NCBI GenBank assembly: GCA_032718475.1
Contig: JAUCBJ010004415.1
Coordinates: 39,761 to 103,760 of the forward strand
DNA from: Nemertoderma westbladi
Taxonomy: Eukaryota; Animalia; Xenacoelomorpha
Reading direction: 5' to 3'
DNA length: 64,000 nucleotides
In this document: positions 35,760-49,400 of the stretch, one piece after another
Layout: every line of letters begins with the position of its first letter
Numbering within the stretch: the first letter of the stretch is position 1
Program-made: the position numbers and the translations under genes
Notes under the pieces: generated by a model
What the model saw: the letters and a program-made list of their open reading frames with translations, nothing else
The model's database searches: none
What the model was told of the DNA's origin: nothing

Positions 35760-36920
35760 AGCGAGTTGTCCTAGCTTGGATTTGTTTAGCTCTCTCTTCC
35801 TCTACAGAGAGAGTTTTATCATATGAGTTAGGTTGAACAGCTTCTTGTGTAAAGAATCTTACCGCATGTTCATCTCTCATCTTTGTGTTGTATTGCTGTA
35901 TATGCTAATAATTCATTACTCTGATTAGTTGATATAATTCAGTTTGGTTAGACCAGGCTTGATTTTCGGTGAGTGGTCCTATGACATTATCCTCATCATA
36001 CAATTCCTCGACATCGTCGTTTCCTCAGCTGGGATTATTTCCTCCTCTACTGGTTCTATACTCTCACTCACCAGACTCATAAAGATATTTTCAGTTCTTT
36101 CTCTTAGGGTTCGTTTTGAGGGAGCTGTGAAATACGAACCTACCAGAGTTCTTGCTGCTTAAGTCTGTAGCAGTTGTGTCTTGGTAGGTCTCTTCTCTAA
36201 CTTTTCTTATGCTTCATGAGCATTTTGCCCTATCAGTAACTGGACTCCTGGAATAGTCAGTCTTAAATCTAGGGACCTTATACTGACAGGAAAAGTTCTA
36301 CTCATCCCAATCATAAGGTTATATCTGACTAGCGGCAAAGTTTTTAATAGCTACCATTTCTATGTTTTATACTATCCTTACCTTGTGGGGTAGATAGAGA
36401 TCCCTCATAGAAGTCCGTTTCCACAGTAGATTTCCAAACCAGCAATATGCCGGATAAATTGAGTTTAGTACGATATTTCTCCTGTCCAGCGAAAATATCT
36501 ACGGATAAGTCCTTGTCAATAAAGGTTCCTGTACTACCTGAGTCAAGGAGGGCATTTACTACTAAACTCTTACCTTGTCCAAGTATCCTGAGCTGCACCA
36601 CGGGAAATTCTCTGATGACAACAGATGGTTGAGAGACCTTCCACAAGACTTGTTTATCGGGGCTGAGTTGTTTAGCCTCCTCTTCTTCAATTGAAGTCTC
36701 ATTGGTGAGGGCTCTGTAGATAGCAGCGTTGATCATGTAACAAGACTCGTTTTCATCAGAAAACTCGTCTGTATAGATCCTTACATCTATAGCCTTCCAT
36801 CTCCGAACTTTGGTCTATATCATTCTTGTCACTAAACTGAATGTGCACCTCTGGTTCACTCACCTTATCTGCACTTTGTAGCAAAGAATGGTGTTTAGCT
36901 CCTCACTTAGCACACTCAGG
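35760..36920 (-). pseudogene. Degenerate gag/protease fragment of the same BEL family
   Basis: IREFPVVQ.R..G...VNALLDSGSTGTFID; AVRFFTQE.V.PNSYDK; closely similar to 51950-52545. Confidence 0.85.
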
Positions 36921-36924
36921 TCGG

Positions 36925-37600
36925 GTCAGGTATTCTACTACTAGGATCGGCATGCTGCTTTGCAGCTGCATTTTTAAGAATGCTGTGCCGGCTTGTCAAC
37001 AAAATTGCACTGCCACAACTCCCTATCACCCATGACATTTGCTAGATCATCCGCATCTTTAAGGCCAGTGTCCTTTAAGATGCGTCTCAAGAAAGTCATG
37101 GGCTGTCCACCATGCTTATTCACTCCATGAGGCTGCCAAAGTACAAGATTATGCACTGGCTGGTCCTCACGGCGAAAGCAATGTCCTGCAAAGCGGAGGC
37201 GATTTTGTTCTAGTGTCAAGCTTGGGGGAACCAATGAGACACCTCCAATGTTATATAGTGTCTGGTTGGAGATGTGTGCATTGTACTTGACACAATGAAC
37301 CCGGCGTAGCATTCTTGTGAATGTGCCATCCAGAGATTTGGTGTCCTCAGCAGTTAGAGCCCAGCATGGACTCCCGTAGAGGAGTACTGGAACTACTGCT
37401 GCTCTAAATAATCGGACCTTAAGTTTCCGATTAATTCTCGGTGACTTCTAAATCCTGGAAAGCCTATTCAAGGCTGCCCATGCCTTTCACTTACGTATTC
37501 AAAGGTCCTCACCTGACTTCCGGATCCATGATCCCAGGTAACAGAAGTCGTCCACATGCTCAAGCATTGTATTATAGGCATTCTAGGTCATTGATCAAGA
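36925..37600 (-). mobile_element. RTE-like LINE 3' fragment
   Basis: RLRFAGHCFRREDQPV..LVLWQP; its 3' tail recurs at ~51465-51525. Confidence 0.7.
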
Positions 37601-37659
37601 AAACTTGCCACCTCCATGCAGCATAAAGGAGGTGGGTGCCACCTGTAGCTGCATAGACC

Positions 37660-38942
37660 CTCTTACTAGGGCAAATCTGATCCTGTAACTAGGACCCCCT
37701 TCGTTCTGGGATAAGGACGCCCTTGGTCCTGGATTAAGGACCCATATACTTGGCTGCAGGGGTATATGGCCTGGCAAGGCAGATCTACTGATGGCGATCT
37801 ACCGAGGTGATCTACCGATGGCTGGTCAGGAGTAGAGTGTTCTCATGTCCACTCTGAGTGCACTTCGACCTGCACCTCGCAGCAGGGGTACAGGGCATGA
37901 CCCAGCAGATGAGCTGCACAGCCAATGGTGGGTCATGTGCGCCAGAGTAGATATGGGTGATGGGCCTCATATCTGACTCCACTGCGACACCCACCCTGTG
38001 GAATGGCAAACCAGGGTGTGGTATTTGCCCCAGAAAAATTTGCCTGACTCGGCAAAAAAGCACCCCCCAACCCCCACTATGGATTACATTAGTAATGCGG
38101 AGGTCCAGCCACTAGAGGCCAGTGGAATGACTGGACACAATCAGCCTCACAGGCGTCAGTTATCTCCTGACCGGCTGCCTGTCTCACCCGCTACTGGAGA
38201 GAGAGCGGCAAACGATTCTTTGAGTCCCTTTCCTGATGACCATTCTGGCCCAAACCCTGGGTCACCAGGGAGGCCAGATTGTGAGGGGGAGAGGGATTCT
38301 GGAGTTGGAGGCTACTCTCATGTTCGACCAACAAAGCCATTGGTGAATCTGAGGCAAGTCACTAGACTAGCCTCAGTAAACACCCTAACACTCGGGTCCC
38401 CAATGCGACAAGGTGAGATGGCAGATAAGCTTTCTCTTAGTGCAGTGGGTGTTCAAGAGCACCGAATGCAGACTGGACAGACTGATGAGGTTCTGATTAA
38501 GGACATGGGGGGTGGTTGGCGACTCGCCATCGCTTCAGCAGATGACAGTGGCAATGGTGGAATTGGTCTATTGATGAATCCAACTGCACATGCAGCATTG
38601 ACAAAATAGACCAAATCTCTAACTGCATCATCCGTTGCCACTAGACTGGCTAAGAAGTTTCCTAAGGTGGTTCTGATTGTGTGCTACTCTCCAACTAGTG
38701 TTGCCCCTGTAGAGGAGGTGGAAAATTTCTACCAGAATCTACAAGCAGCTACTGATGGAGTGGATCAGCATGCATTCTTAACATTCCTGGGAGACTTTAA
38801 TGCAAGTCTGCATCAATCACCTACATCGCCCTGGGTCTATAGCAATAGGGTTAACCGAAATTCCGTCCATCTTCAGGATTTTATCTCTGGAAATGGATTG
38901 TTTTCGGCTGAAACCCAGTTCAAGAAGCGAACTGGAAAGCCC
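37660..38942 (+). mobile_element. RTE-like LINE 5' part: GC-rich leader plus APE endonuclease (stops present)
   Basis: LASVNTLTL, VGVQEHR, GGIGLL, IVCYSPT, LGDFNA, N.NS..L.DF. Confidence 0.75.
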
Positions 38943-40057
38943 GTACAAAATCAAACAACAGTAGAAGAGTCTTTGTGTGGCGTATGACCCAGCATGTGTG
39001 GGAGACTGAATTCTATCGGCATGAAAGGTAGGTTAATTTGTATTATTCTATTGATCTAACTATATAATTTCCAAAAAATAAGTTCGCTTTCAGGGTAGTA
39101 TTAACAGTTCCTTTCAGATTCTGCGCTTTATAGACTAGACAGAGTTATGACTTACAATAATTACAACGGATGATTTAATCGAGCCACTGTGATGTACATT
39201 CTTTAGGAATGTAGTATTATGTATACTCACACTCACTTCACTGATAATAATACGGAAAAATGCTGATTTGCTGACTGTTACCAATTTTGTTCATGTATAA
39301 GGAGAAATTTAGCTCACTTACGTTAGCTTAATGAAATAGCATAAATATCACACAGACCACTTTAATTTGAGCCAAATCGTTACTCATACTTCCCTTCTGC
39401 TTACCTCTCAATAATAAAGAAAGTTAGTTGCGATTATCGATTATATGTACATATTCTCCAAGCAATCCAGCAATAATATTACCAAAGAACAACGAACAAC
39501 AGTACAAAATAGTAAAATAACAGTGGTGCGGTGCAGTGGCACAGTTAATCAGCAATCAGATGTTTGCGGTTACGAAATGCAGTTTCTGAGTGCAGTAAAA
39601 AGGTGAGTGCAGTAAGTAAATGCAGTGAGTGCAGGTAATTTACTTGTGCTCGATATTTCACGCCACTGTTGGTTTCTGGGCTGAATACTAGCTGACTGCC
39701 TAAGCCTAGGCGTACTCTGTATTATATACACCAGAAAAAAGGTAGTCATGGAATTCTTAGAATCTTGGTCAAAACTCCAATCAAGAGCCAGTAATCCATG
39801 TCAGCTGGATTAGGGATAAGGGCTGTGTAATGGAACTCTACGGCCCGAGAAAGTGAAAATTGCGTTGATTGGCCGTGTACGGTAACAAAGAAACCAGGGT
39901 TCAGGTTTTGACTGATTTCGTCAACAGAGTCATATACCAAAAGTAAACGCATCAAGGCATAAGTTTATATGTTCTCAACTATCTTGAGATATTGCTGCGT
40001 TTAGAGTAGTTCGTGTATTGCCCAAAAAGATTCACCTTTGCCGCAAAAGCTTTTACA
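38943..40057 (-). repeat. Truncated LTR of the older BEL subfamily
   Basis: Colinear with 43035-44164; ends CCGCAAAAGCTTTTACA; abuts a piggyBac-type repeat copy. Confidence 0.85.
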
Positions 40058-40882
40058 GAGTTGCACCAGGCGTATCATACTTGTATTTTTCGGCGGTGTG
40101 TCTAAAATTTGGTACCAGCACGAAATTTTGAAAATCCATTTAATAGTTCAATTGCTTGTGACAACTTAATTCTCGCGTTTTAGAGGTTTATGGCGGTTCT
40201 GAACTCAATGGAATAAATAATTATCAAACTAGACATTTCAAACTTGTACTTTTCCGAAGTGAGTGCTAAATTTTGTGGTAGCACCAAATTTTGAAAACCA
40301 TCAAATATATCAATTGATTGTGTCACCTTGTTTCTTGCGTTATTCGGGTTGGTGAGGGTTCTGAATTCAATGGAATAAGTAAAAATTACATAAGAGTTTT
40401 CAAACTTGTATTTTTCGTGGGTGGTTGAAAATTGTTGTGCCAACACCAAATTTTTTAAAATAAGCAAATTGATCAATAGATAGTATCATCTTGTTTCTTA
40501 CGTTATTATTAATTGTATTAAAAAAAAATTAGCCGAAAATTTAAACTTTCAAATTTTTTGAAAATTGTTCACTACTTCTAATTTTGGTGCTGCAAAATAA
40601 CCACCCCAATACTTTTTTTAGAAATCTTTTTTCGGTCGGATTCGGACTAGTGAAATCTACGTACAAACAAAAAATCAGACGTTTTCGTTATAATTTGTAG
40701 ATTTTAAGGGGGGGGGGGGGGGCCTCAATATGGCTATAATTTATCTTAAGCAAAGAACGACAATTCCAGTTTTGGTTAATTTGACTTGTACAAAAATAAT
40801 ATATTATAGATAAGGTACAGTTATATGTTTTACAATTATATTTCGTATATTGCCATCAATATAAAACAATTAATCCTAAATT

Positions 40883-42703
40883 CTAAAAGAATGGTGACCC
40901 ACACTCGCAATTGAACAATTTAATTATACTTTCTTTATATACTTTACGGCTTTGCATCGTTCCACACAGCTGCCAAGAATTATCACCTAATTTCTTCACC
41001 CTATTTTGGTCCATTTCGCCATCGGATTGTCCAATGGCTATAATTTCTCCGAAGCAAACAATGATTCCTATACCTTTACCAGGTGATGGATCAGCTTCAA
41101 CCAGATTCCATACATCATTTAGAGGATCGTAGCACTCAATGCTACTCAGTAGGCCTTTTGGAATATGATTACTGCAGCCACCTACCACGTAGATATGGTT
41201 GTTATAAACTGCGCACCCAAAGGAATACCGTCTGGTGTTCATCGCCGCCACTCTCTTAGTCCATTTTTTGGTTTCTGGGTTGTACTTCTCGACCGAATTC
41301 AAAATGCTAGAATCATTGATACCGCCAATAGCATAAAGACATCCACCCAGAACAGCCACTGACAATCGTGATCGACGATACGTCATTGAAGTAACCGGTT
41401 TCCATCTGTTGGTGTTTGGGTTGTAACGTTCCACAGTCTTGAGGTGTCTTTGCCTACTTCTATATCCCCCAACCACATAGAGCAACCCGTCCATCACAGC
41501 GACAGCATGGACATAGCGGGATGTGCTCATTGGGACCATGGTATCCCATTGGTCGACTTCTGGGTCATAACGCTCACTGACTCTCTGTGCTATGCGCTCT
41601 GCATTTAATCCTCCAACCGCATACAAAAATCCATTGATCACAGCGACTCCCACACTAAATCTGGGCCAATTCAATTGATTCACCAATTCCCAGTCATTAG
41701 TCTCTGGTTTGTATTGCTCTACCTGGGAGAGTTGAATCCAGAACGAACTTCTGATTGAAATCCGGCCGAAAGCAAATAAACGTGCACAGGGCTGGGGTTT
41801 CCGTGCATGGTTCCCCACCCAAGGGCTGGAGGTCAATGAGACATCCTTCCGGAATGTCTTGGCATCTTCTACCAGTTTCAGACACTCATTGTCATTAAAA
41901 ATTAGAGGGTGGGTCTCCACAGTTCCTTCTAGGAATGTAAATTTAATTAGCGGCATACGAATGCGTTTGAGCAACTCCAGCAGTAATGGAAAAGGTTCCC
42001 CATTGTGCTTGGTATGGTGCTGAATAAATTCCTTACTGCTCACAACCCATTTCATCACAGCAGTAAACAGCTCCTCCTCAGACCGAAGATTCAGCTCGTC
42101 ACTTCTAATTATATCCTTCAGCTTATTAACTGGCAATGAAAGAAACTCCTCATTCTCTATAACATTATGGAAGTGGTGCATCATGTACTTTTTGGCATCA
42201 CGCAAGAGGTCCTGACATAAAAATATTTCCGCAATCGATAGGAAACCAATACAATTACTCGGGTCCAGGTTGTTCTTCAAGAACTCGCAGCACCTTTGCA
42301 GCACCTTTTTCACTTGGAGCATAGATGCAGCAGCCAACAGTTTCTCCACATTTTCCTCATCTACCGTTATGAATGATGTGTATGCAAAGTTGATTATCTG
42401 TTCCACAGCGTGTGCGTCTACTTTGCTGATTCTCACCTCAGCTTGATTGGCTTCTTTCCATTCATGAGTGAACATGGCTTCGAAGTAGGGACTTAACCTC
42501 ACCAAAATACATCTGTGCGTGGTGATTCTCTGTTCTTCGACGATGAGTCGCATGTCACAGGGTTTGTTAACTATTTCACTCCTAATTTTGGATAAGATCC
42601 TATCATACTCCATGGTGTTATTTTTCGGCTCATAGTTTCTAGCCGTTGCCTCTTCGCCAACTTCCCACCCAGTGACACTGTTCCTGCAGCCAAGGTACCA
42701 CAT
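40883..42703 (-). CDS. BTB-BACK-Kelch protein (KLHL20/diablo-like), intronless; likely start ATG at 42613
   Basis: CDMRLIV..HRCIL..SPYFEAMF (BTB), LDPSNCIG..EEELF.AVMKW (BACK), about 6 Kelch repeats (LYAVGG..VERYDP...W). Confidence 0.9.
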   Translation of the reverse strand: MWYLGCRNSVTGWEVGEEATARNYEPKNNTMEYDRILSKIRSEIVNKPCDMRLIVEEQRITTHRCILVRLSPYFEAMFTHEWKEANQAEVRISKVDAHAVEQIINFAYTSFITVDEENVEKLLAAASMLQVKKVLQRCCEFLKNNLDPSNCIGFLSIAEIFLCQDLLRDAKKYMMHHFHNVIENEEFLSLPVNKLKDIIRSDELNLRSEEELFTAVMKWVVSSKEFIQHHTKHNGEPFPLLLELLKRIRMPLIKFTFLEGTVETHPLIFNDNECLKLVEDAKTFRKDVSLTSSPWVGNHARKPQPCARLFAFGRISIRSSFWIQLSQVEQYKPETNDWELVNQLNWPRFSVGVAVINGFLYAVGGLNAERIAQRVSERYDPEVDQWDTMVPMSTSRYVHAVAVMDGLLYVVGGYRSRQRHLKTVERYNPNTNRWKPVTSMTYRRSRLSVAVLGGCLYAIGGINDSSILNSVEKYNPETKKWTKRVAAMNTRRYSFGCAVYNNHIYVVGGCSNHIPKGLLSSIECYDPLNDVWNLVEADPSPGKGIGIIVCFGEIIAIGQSDGEMDQNRVKKLGDNSWQLCGTMQSRKVYKESIIKLFNCECGSPFF

Positions 42704-44402
42704 TCAAATATGCCACTCGACCCCCTCTTACGCTATATAGTAAATGAAGACGAAATAGTGAACATTTTAAAATAGATAATAGATAACGTCTACCAGAAGG
42801 AAAAATTAATGTTCTAGAATAAAAAGAACACATAACTGTCATTCACACATTGAAAAAATGAATAAAATTTGGGGCATAAATGGGCAAGAGTTCCGTATAG
42901 CAGTGCATTTTAAAAGATATGTCATTATTACTATGGTAACGTTGAAGAGTTTATAACAATTATATACTGTTCGCGCTTTTAGACCTTTAACAGTTTAACC
43001 TGTTAAATTACGTGTCTTATATTATTTCTTAGCCTGTACAAAATCAAACAACAGTAGAACCCTGTAGAAGACAGTCTTTGTGCGGCGTATGACCCACTGT
43101 ATGTGGGAGACTGAATTCTATCGGCATGAAAAGTAGGTTAATTTGTATTATCCGATTGATCTCTACTATATAATCTCCAAAAACTATGTTCACTTTCAGG
43201 GTAATATTAACAGTTCCTTTCAGATTCTGCGCTTTAAAGACTAGACAGAGTTATGACTTACAATAATTACAACAAGATTGTTTAATCGAGCCACTGTGAT
43301 TTAAATTATTTAGGAATGTAGTGTTATGTACTCGCACTCAATCTACTGATAATAATACCGAAACACATTGATTTGCTGACTATTACCAATTTTGTTCATG
43401 TATAAGGAGAAATTTAGCTCACTTACATCGGTGAAATGAAATAGCATAAATACCATACAGACCACTGTAATTTGAGCCAAAATCTTTACTCGTACTTCCC
43501 TTCTGTTTCCTCTCAACAATAAGGAAAGTTAAGTGAGATTATCGATTATGCATACGTATTCTCCAAATATAATCATCCAGCAATAATATTACGAAACAAC
43601 CATGAACAACAGTACAAAAACAGTAAATAACAGCGGTGGCAGCAGTTAATCAGCAGTCAGATGTTTGCCATTAATAAGTTAAGCAGTAAAAAGGTGAAGT
43701 GAAGATTAGTGCAGATGAGTGTTTAGATGAATGCAGTTGAGTGCAGGTAACTTAATAGTGCTCGATAATTCATGCCACTGTTGTTTTCTGGGCTGAATAC
43801 TAACTGACTGCCTAAGCCTAGGAGTACTCTTTGTTATAAACACCAGTAAAAAGGTGAGTCATAGAATCCTGGTCATAACTCCAATCAGGAGCCAGTAATC
43901 CATGTTAGCTGTCCGTAACTAATGGGTTCAGTTTCCTGTGTAATGAAACTCTATGGCTGGAGAAAGTGAAAATTGTGTTGATTGGTCGTTTGGATATCAC
44001 AGGGGCTACGGTTCAGTTTTTGAAATATTTCGTCGCCAACAGATTCATATACGAAAAGTAAACACAACAAGTTTATATGTTCTCAACTATCTTGAGATAT
44101 TGTTGTATATAGAGTAGATTGTGTATTGCCCAAAAAGAAGATTTTTGCCGCAAAAGCTTTTACACCACTCCCAGAAAGTGGGACTTAAGTTTATAATATA
44201 TACTAAAGTTACAATTTCTAATAAGTTTACTACTATAAACAATCAATCCTTCTTACTAGAACGACATTTATGGAGTTTTTTAGACTTCTGAGCAGCATTT
44301 TTCTCCTCTGCGCGAGCCACTTTAATAGGAGGGCTATCACTCCTATGTGGGGGATGCAATATGATGCAGCTGGAGGAATAGGTTTTTGGTCGGTGTATCT
44401 GC

Positions 44403-46762
44403 CTCGGGCCTCGGATGATCTCGGGTATTCTTAGTAATATCAGAGAAAGAGATAACTATTTGTATAAATTTAGGAAATACCGTGTTTTAGCTGATTATAA
44501 TAATTACTGCAAATATAGAAACCTTGTCCAACGGGAAATAAAAAAAGCTAAATCTGAATATTTGTACAACAAAATAAGTGAGAATAAAGATAATCCTAAA
44601 AGTCTATGGTCTACCCTAAAATCTTTAGGTTATAAAAACCTTAAATCTAAATCGAATATTGTTCTGCAAGATAACGGTGAGCTGATTCATGATCATACTC
44701 TAGTTAGTAATTTATTTAATAATTATTTTACTAATGTTGCCTCTAATTTAGTTAAGAAATTACCGTTATCAAGTAATAAATATAGTATAGGGTCCGAAAC
44801 TCTAAATAATTTTTATTTAGAAAAGTTACAAAATTCAGAAAAGTTATTTTTAAAACCCGTTTCTGAGGATTTCGTTTTTAAAAATCTACTTAGCCTATCA
44901 GCCCCTAAAAGTACCGGTCTAGATCTAATACCTGCCCGTTTTCTTAAGGATGGTGCTGAAGTACTTAAAGTGCCTATTACTTTTATTATTAATTACTCTA
45001 TCGTAGATAATGTAGTACCAGACGAACTGAAATTAGCTAAGGTTGTTCCTCTGTATAAAAAGAATAGTAAAGTAGAACCCTGTAATTACAGACCTGTTAG
45101 TATCTTAAGTATTGTATCTAAAATTCTAGAACGTTCTGTTTTTCTACAGCTGGAGGCACATCTTAGTAGGCTAAATCTGATCTATGAACTTCAGTCCGGT
45201 TTTCGTAAATCATATTCTACAGACACCTGCCTTATTAACTTAACTGATACAATTAGATGTAATAACGCAAAGGGTTTATATACTGGTATGGTAATGTTGG
45301 ACCTACAAAAGGCTTTCGATACTGTAGATCACGAAATTCTGCTTGGTAAGTTAGGCCTGATGGGTGTAGGTTCTATAGACTGGTTCAAGTCCTACCTGTC
45401 AGACAGAGGTCAAACTGTAGTCATTAGCAAATCGCTGTCTACTGTACAAGAGATTACCTGTGGTGTACCGCAAGGTAGTATATTAGGTCCTCTGCTTTTT
45501 GTATGCTATGTAAATGATATGATAAGTAGTATAGATCCCGATTTTAAACTCATTTTATATGCCGACGACAGTGCTCTTATTTTCTCTCATAAAGATCCTA
45601 TCCATATTTCCCAAAAGTTAAGTGCAGTTCTAGAATCCTGTAATGAGTGGTTGGTTGATAATAAGCTATCCATTCACTACGGTAAAACTGAAAGTTTTTT
45701 GTTTGGTTCCAAAAGAAAGTTAAAGAAGGTAACTAAGTTTGAAGTCACTAGTAATGGACATAAGATTGAAAATAAAAAGGAAGTTAAATATTTAGGCGCC
45801 ACATTGGATAACTGCTTATCAGGAGAAAGTACAGTGAAAAATATTTTCTCGAAAGTTAACAGTAGGCTTAGGTTTCTATACAGAAATAAAAATAGTTTGA
45901 ACACCGACTCCCGCAAGTTACTTTGCTCTTCTTTAATACAGTGTCACATGGACTATGCGTGCTCTTCTTGGTATGAAGGCTTAACCAAACAGCTTAAATG
46001 TAAATTACAAGTAGCTCAGAATAAAGTAGTACGATTTATTAAAGACTACAAACCTAGGCACCACCTAACTCCAGATGACTTTTCTGAATCTGGACTACTT
46101 AACTTAGATAGTAGAGTTAAGCAGCTACGCCTTAAACCATGTGCATAAAGTGTATAATGGTAAATGTCCCAATTACCTAAAACAAAAATTCAACAGAGTA
46201 CGCGATACACACTCTTACAGTACCAGAGCTAGTGCTTCAAACTTCTACCTCCCGAATTGTAAATCCTTTAAATCTGATACTTTCTTTTTTAACGGCATAA
46301 AAAATTGGAACGCTCTGCCTAATGAAATTAAAAACCTAAATAATCAACATTCTTTTAAATCTGCAGTTAAATCTCATCTCCGTGTGCAATGTAAAAATAG
46401 GTACAATAGTCCTACAGTAAGTTATTAGTTTATTAATTATTTACTATTTATACTGTAATTACGTTTTATAATAAATTGTTCTGTACATTACATCTTTATC
46501 GTTGAGTCGGGCATTGTCACGCTCTCGGTAAAGTTGTACATGTACATAGTGTAATTACGTTTTATATTGGTTTTAGGTTAGCGTAGTGTAATATTGTATT
46601 TGTAACCAAGTAACATAAAGGACCCCCTTGGAAATAAGCTGCAAAGCTTTAGGGGTAATCCTATATGTTATGTTGGACAATACCTTTATACCGGTACATT
46701 GTTTGGTGTATTTGTTATTGTTTTTACATAATGTATAAATAAATCTATCTATCTATCTATCT
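44403..46762 (+). mobile_element. 5'-truncated CR1/L2-group LINE (RT ORF 44415-46428, frameshift near 46135)
   Basis: [42 protein letters not shown]; AATAAA then an (ATCT)n tail; flanking duplication TATCTGCC. Confidence 0.92.
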
Positions 46763-49400
46763 GCCAGGTCGAGGTACCTGGTTGATCAATATCCATTGGG
46801 GATTCTCTCCTCTCTTTTGTCTTGGCTGCAAAGTTGGCACTCTCTTTAGAGGACTTGAGGGCGCGTGACCTTTAAGGCCCTTCTCAGGACATCATCTGTA
46901 CCTTAGTCTCACTCTAGTCGTTTGTATGACCACCGTAGATGGACCATGAGTGAGTAGTTATAAACTACCATGGTCTAATGATTCTTTCTAATTCCTGTTC
47001 TCTCGCTCTGTACTCGTATGGACGTCAGTGGACCTCCTGTAGTTCAGGGTGTGCTTTTATAAATGTCTCACCGTACTCTGAGTCTCTACTAATAAAACCA
47101 ATTAAATGGTAAGATTTAATGTGGCTCGGATTTCTATTTCGTAAATATTTCTGAACGTATTTGGTGGAAATACATTCATCAACAAGTTTAATTAATTCAT
47201 AGCTGGGAATGCGAGTTCTCTGTTCGACATGGGGGAAGGGGTGTGGATGGAATGCATACACTCCCTTGTAAGCACATCCAGGATGATACTGATGGTGCAA
47301 CTCGCAGTGGAGATCTGCGCTGGCTTACCACGCTCGTATATTTCGAAGCACAATTAACTTGTCCACACTTTCGATGTCTTGACCGAAAGGGCAATCCCAA
47401 CTTACGTGTCCCCTAAGTTGGCAATCCTGCGTGCTCCGAATTTTCATGGCTACCGGTTTTTTGAGCAGAAAATGCGCGAGTGTCAACAATTCCAGTTCTA
47501 GGAGACTGGCATAAGTGGTCTTTCTGTAGATAGGTGGCAATTTCTTCCATTAGTGTTCATAGGAGTTCATCAGTGAGATACGCATGGCATGGCACTACAA
47601 AGTGGAACGCGGTCTTGACACTGCGTATAAGTCTCTCCCAACTTCCTCCCCACCAAGGAGCATCTGCAGTGTTGAATGTCCAGCTGGATGCTGTCACTTT
47701 CAGCCGATTGTCCACCTGCCTTTGGTTCCAGTCATCGACGTAAGCTTCAATCTCATTATTGCTATTGGCTCCAATGAAGTTCGTACCTTTATCAGCATAG
47801 TTAATCAGCACAGGGATATCTGCATAGTGTTGCTAGTTCCGAAACGAGCGATTTGCCAGCGCAAGCTGAGTATAAAACTGTTCATAGATAGATCATTCAC
47901 CATATCCAGATGAATCTCTCTACAAGTCATACAAACAAATATAACGCACCATCGCGTGACTATGGTTCCAGCGCGATACACTTCAATAGGGCCAAATAAA
48001 ACCACACCAGTATTGGTAAAGGGTGGTTCATAACAGCTTACTCTTTCCCTGGGTAATTCTGCTCTCGCTGGGTTAAAGGCCTACACTAAATGCTTTCCTA
48101 CATGGTATACAGTTCATAAGAACTTGATTCAGAGCTTTGTGCGGTTTATGGAAATAATAGCGAGTTCTAATTTCACTAAGAACTCATTCCCTACCAGCAT
48201 CATATAGGCTACTGTGTGCGCTAAAATCATCTTGATTTGTATCTCAAGATTTCTAACCAATATGGGAAACATGGAATCAAAGGAAAGAGGTACATTAGTT
48301 TATTCTCCCTCCAACATGTATTAACCCATCAAACATCATGCCAGTAAAAGAACCTCTTAAGCACATCTGTGGATTTCTCAACAACAGGAAATACTTCTCT
48401 GGATTCTCATAACATTGTAGAAGTCTCAGTAGTTGTTTGTTGGTATCATCATGCTCCCGGTAATTGATCTTCAGGTAGGTCATAGCTTTACAAAGTCTAT
48501 TCCAGGAACTCTAATATGCCATAGCTCTCTGGCTAATCGGGGAGAGTCCTTCAGAGACATCTGGTACACCAGTCTTCCAATCTCTTGTTCTACTATCGGT
48601 GTTTGCTCTAATTTGGACTCATTGAGGATCTTTGGGTATATCTTCATTAAGATCCTCGTCCGTGGCATTGGCCATATGCAGTACTGACAGATCTATCGCA
48701 GGTTTGAACAGTTTAGATATACTTGTCCGGGTTTTCGTCTTAACTGTTTCTGCTCCCTTGGCTTGTCGAATCTCAGCCATAGTAAGATGGGGGGGGGGGG
48801 GGGGCATTCCTCCTCTGGTTTACTTAAGAAGTCGGGGCCACCTAACCAATCGGGAGTTTCTGTCAGTTCCTTTGGTGTAGCTCCTCTGGAGGCTATGTCT
48901 GGTGGATTAATGGTTCCAGGGCAATGTCTCCTTTGTTTTATATTAGTGTGAATAAGTATAACAGCTACTTGGTTAGTGACGAAGATGCTGAACTTCATTG
49001 GTAAGATAATCCAGAACAAGTAATGCATCTGTACAATAAAAAGATTTATCTAAGGGATATTCTATCTGTTCAGTGATGTTCCTGCTGATGGTGGTAGCAT
49101 ATAATGCTCCTTTTAATTCCGCTCTAGGGACTTGTAGTTTGTTAATGATCAAAGCCTTTGAGGCGGCCAATGAAACCTTAATTTCTTCAGGAGTTTCGAC
49201 CCTCAAATAGGCAACTATACCTATTCCAATATCGCTGGCGTCTCCAAAGACATGGAGTTGATAAGAATAAATGGGGAGAACATGACTGAAATACGAGCGG
49301 GAAATTTTAAAGTTCTCAATAGCTGGTAAAGAGTCTTCCCACTTCATCCACTTCTTTAACAGTTCTCCCTTGAGTGGATCATCCCAAGAGTGGGTTTCGA

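Noticed and set aside
37800-37960. HDV-like ribozyme in the RTE leader
   Set aside because: A CCTCGC loop is present, but a nested P1/P2/P1.1 pseudoknot could not be built by eye.
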